Origin: a candidate division FCPU426 bacterium
GTDB taxonomy: Bacteria > Oederibacteriota > Muellerivitia > Muellerivitales > Muellerivitaceae
Direction of reading: 5' to 3'
DNA length: 64,000 nucleotides
Assembly (NCBI GenBank): GCA_963847625.1
Contig: CAWKAR010000052.1
Location: 1-64,000 of the forward strand
Under the pieces are notes generated by a model that was not told the origin of the DNA, made no database searches, and was given only the letters and a program-made list of their open reading frames with translations. Below, piece after piece: positions 63,450 to 64,000 of the stretch (positions within the stretch are counted from its first letter, which is position 1; every line of letters begins with the position of its first letter). The position numbers and the translations under genes are program-made.

Positions 63450-64000
63450 AATCCCCCGCCAACCTGGAGTCCCTGGAACGCCTGGGGTGGCGTTTCGGGC
63501 TGGAGACCATACGCGCCCTTTTGTCGGAATTGGGCGACCCCCACCTTTCCTTGAAATGCGTCCATGTTGCGGGTACTAACGGCAAAGGCACGACTTGCGC
63601 CTTCATGGCTTCCTTCCTGAGGCATTCGGGTTACCGGGTTGGCCTTTATACTTCCCCTCATCTGACCGATATCCGCGAGAGGTTCAGGATCAACGGCCTT
63701 TGGATTACCCCCCAGGAATTCCGGGATTATTCCAAAAGAATTCTACGGGCTTGCCTCCGGGTCCAAATTAACCTCGGACATGTCCCCACCCATTTCGAGG
63801 CTTTGACCGCGCTTGCTTTCTTGTGGTTTAAAGAAAAAAAGGTCGATTGGGTGGTGTCGGAAGTGGGGTTGGGCGGAAGATTGGATGCCACCAACATCAT
63901 CGAAACCCCGGCGGTCTGCCTCATCACGCCGGTTGGATTGGAACACCAGGAAATCCTCGGTGGAACCATTTCAAAGATTGCCTGGGAGAAGGCGGGCATC
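63446..64000 (+). CDS. folC: Folylpolyglutamate synthase/dihydrofolate synthase, partial (runs off window)
   Basis: HVAGTNGKG, YTSPHL, EVGLGGRLDATN and IAWEKAGI read in frame from GTG at 63446. Confidence 0.92.
   Translation, partial: MKSPANLESLERLGWRFGLETIRALLSELGDPHLSLKCVHVAGTNGKGTTCAFMASFLRHSGYRVGLYTSPHLTDIRERFRINGLWITPQEFRDYSKRILRACLRVQINLGHVPTHFEALTALAFLWFKEKKVDWVVSEVGLGGRLDATNIIETPAVCLITPVGLEHQEILGGTISKIAWEKAGI

Overview
The window has three parts. (1) 1-22473: the right end of an integrative element. It starts with an IS30 at the window edge, then an AT-rich defence-like cassette (truncated SNF2-type helicase tail, 2TM-Macro domain protein, HYD1-type ADP-ribosyltransferase, small unknown protein, PLD-family nuclease, Zn-ribbon protein). 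RHH and XRE regulators follow, then surface lipoproteins and a frameshift-riddled minimal VirB2/B6/B3/B4/B8-like cluster with no visible relaxase or coupling protein. It ends with TPR-GGDEF, two SpoVG-like genes, excisionase, tyrosine integrase and an att core that is the 3' half of tRNA-Thr(TGT). (2) 22474-40144: a second island bounded by an identical 48-bp att core. It retains only the tail of an integrase gene and carries Zn-type and NikR-linked metal-uptake operons; two His/CxxC/RAPP-type leader ORFs precede the Zn-type blocks. (3) 40145-64000: core chromosome of a diderm bacterium: GT39-like gene, tRNA-Tyr, tRNA-Gly, aspA/fumC, tRNA-Thr, tuf, rpmG, tRNA-Trp, secE, nusG, rplKAJL (no rpoBC), tmk, holB, metG, tatD, a 28-bp minisatellite, dapL, trpDCF-TPR-trpBA, accD and partial folC. 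The best candidate for a new system is the TM-Macro plus ART pair, which resembles type II Thoeris with the TIR enzyme replaced by an ART. All calls come from motif recognition by eye; no searches were run.
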